Source: Callorhinchus milii
Lineage: Eukaryota
Assembly (NCBI RefSeq): GCF_018977255.1
Contig: NW_024704743.1
Coordinates: 22,446,001-22,510,000 of the forward strand
Length of the DNA: 64,000 bases
Direction of reading: 5' to 3'
Positions 62,821 to 64,000 of this stretch are shown here, piece by piece; positions within the stretch are counted from its first letter, which is position 1; each line of letters begins with the position of its first letter. A program made the translations under genes and the position numbers. Under the pieces are notes generated by a model, which saw only the letters and a list, made by a program, of their open reading frames with translations, ran no database searches and was not told where the DNA came from.

Positions 62821-63469
62821 CAAATATTCTAAGGAAGTCTAAAATAGGCACAAAAAAGAGATCTTTTCTCTATCCCAAAAGTCGATGGACGCACCTCTGA
62901 TAATTCAGCACTCACTAGACATTTCACTGGACTGTCAGTCTAGACTATTAATCTCAAGACCTAATATTGGGCTTTGAGCTCACAACCTTCTAACCCAGAA
63001 GTCAGGGAGGAGCAATTCCTACTGAGCCACACTGATTTCCTAAAATACTAGAAAATCAGCACTAAACATTTAAACATTCCATTAGAGCGTAATCTTAACC
63101 AAACAGTTGTTTTCTTTAAAATAGGCAAGACACATTAAATGACTAAGAGCCTGAACAACAAAGTCAGCAACAAAATTCATTGTCACATCTTAGGGATATT
63201 GATCAGATCCACTGGCATATCAAAAACTACCACATTTCATTTGGTTGTCAGTCTGGTGAAGGAACAATATTATTGTAGCTTATATATGTATTAAATTTAA
63301 TTAGCTGAAATACTTTTCAAGTTCTGAAGCAGAGATTTAACACACTTTAAATAGAGAAATGTAGGCCTGGAATAAAGAATTGATCAATCCGAAACACTTG
63401 TCCAAAATCTAGAAAATTTAAATTGGTTGATCTGCAGATGAGAGTTCAGGACTTGCTGCTACCTTCAGC

Positions 63470-63525
63470 ACCTTAACACGTCATGTTGAATGTATTAGTA
63501 CCTTAACACGTCATGTTGAATGTAT
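63470..63525. repeat. Two-copy direct repeat accttaacacgtcatgttgaatgtat (period 30)
   Basis: Visible directly. Confidence 0.9.
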
Positions 63526-64000
63526 AGTCAAGCAGCTGTTGCTTGATTTGCTGTCCAATAACTGTCATTGAGTGACAAAATAGTGCTTGATTGCCATTTC
63601 TTTTGTGTAGCTGATTGTTATACAGTGCAAATATAGCTCCACAGATCACGCATCAGTGTAGATAATTGTGTTTCTTACCATTCTCCGTTCCATTCACTAA
63701 GCAAAATTGTTTCTTTTTTAAATGTTTTGTAAGTGTCTGTGAGAAGTGGGTTCCTATTACATAACTTGCTTCTCATTCATTCTTTCTGTCATTTTTGACG
63801 GTTTTAAGACTTTTATCTGAATATTTATTACCCTGCAATTTATCAAAAATGAGTCATTGTGTCTTGGATGGGGAATGAACAATCTACAGTAGGTCAACCC
63901 ATCATTGTGGTCACAGGCCTTCACGGTTCATCGGTGAAGTAGAATCTATGTTATACAGAATGTCAGTGTCATACAGAATCTACTTATAATGATTTTTTTA

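Overview
Vertebrate (eukaryotic) genomic DNA. The repeat complement (L2, CR1, Penelope, tRNA-headed and Deu-type SINEs) suggests a cartilaginous fish, which is an inference. The window holds the CpG/GA-rich promoter and the first five canonical coding exons of an OSBPL10 (ORP10) orthologue on the + strand: 11324-11703, 42179-42354, 48470-48549, 51526-51717 and 61123-61330. These encode the N-terminal low-complexity region, PH domain and coiled-coil; the lipid-binding ORD lies beyond the window. Introns are densely filled with retroelement fragments, and almost all ORFs in the supplied track are spurious or decayed LINE pieces. The top finding is a hidden 66-nt, frame-preserving (phase 2-2) cassette exon at 32672-32737 in intron 1. 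It encodes a second, OSBPL11-type copy of the first PH-domain strands (SHFEHIQGYLMKYTNLVSGWQYR), so this gene could switch between ORP10-like and ORP11-like PH N-termini. Other notable items: five hammerhead-ribozyme-like motifs in Penelope termini (two in a fold-back pair), a SINE/L2 pair sharing a 3' stem-loop, a tandem duplication that preserves pre-insertion sites, and several near-spacerless palindromes. No prokaryotic-type system (CRISPR, operon etc.) is supported. Exon boundaries were read at base level; repeat boundaries are approximate. Comparisons to human proteins are from recall, not a database search.
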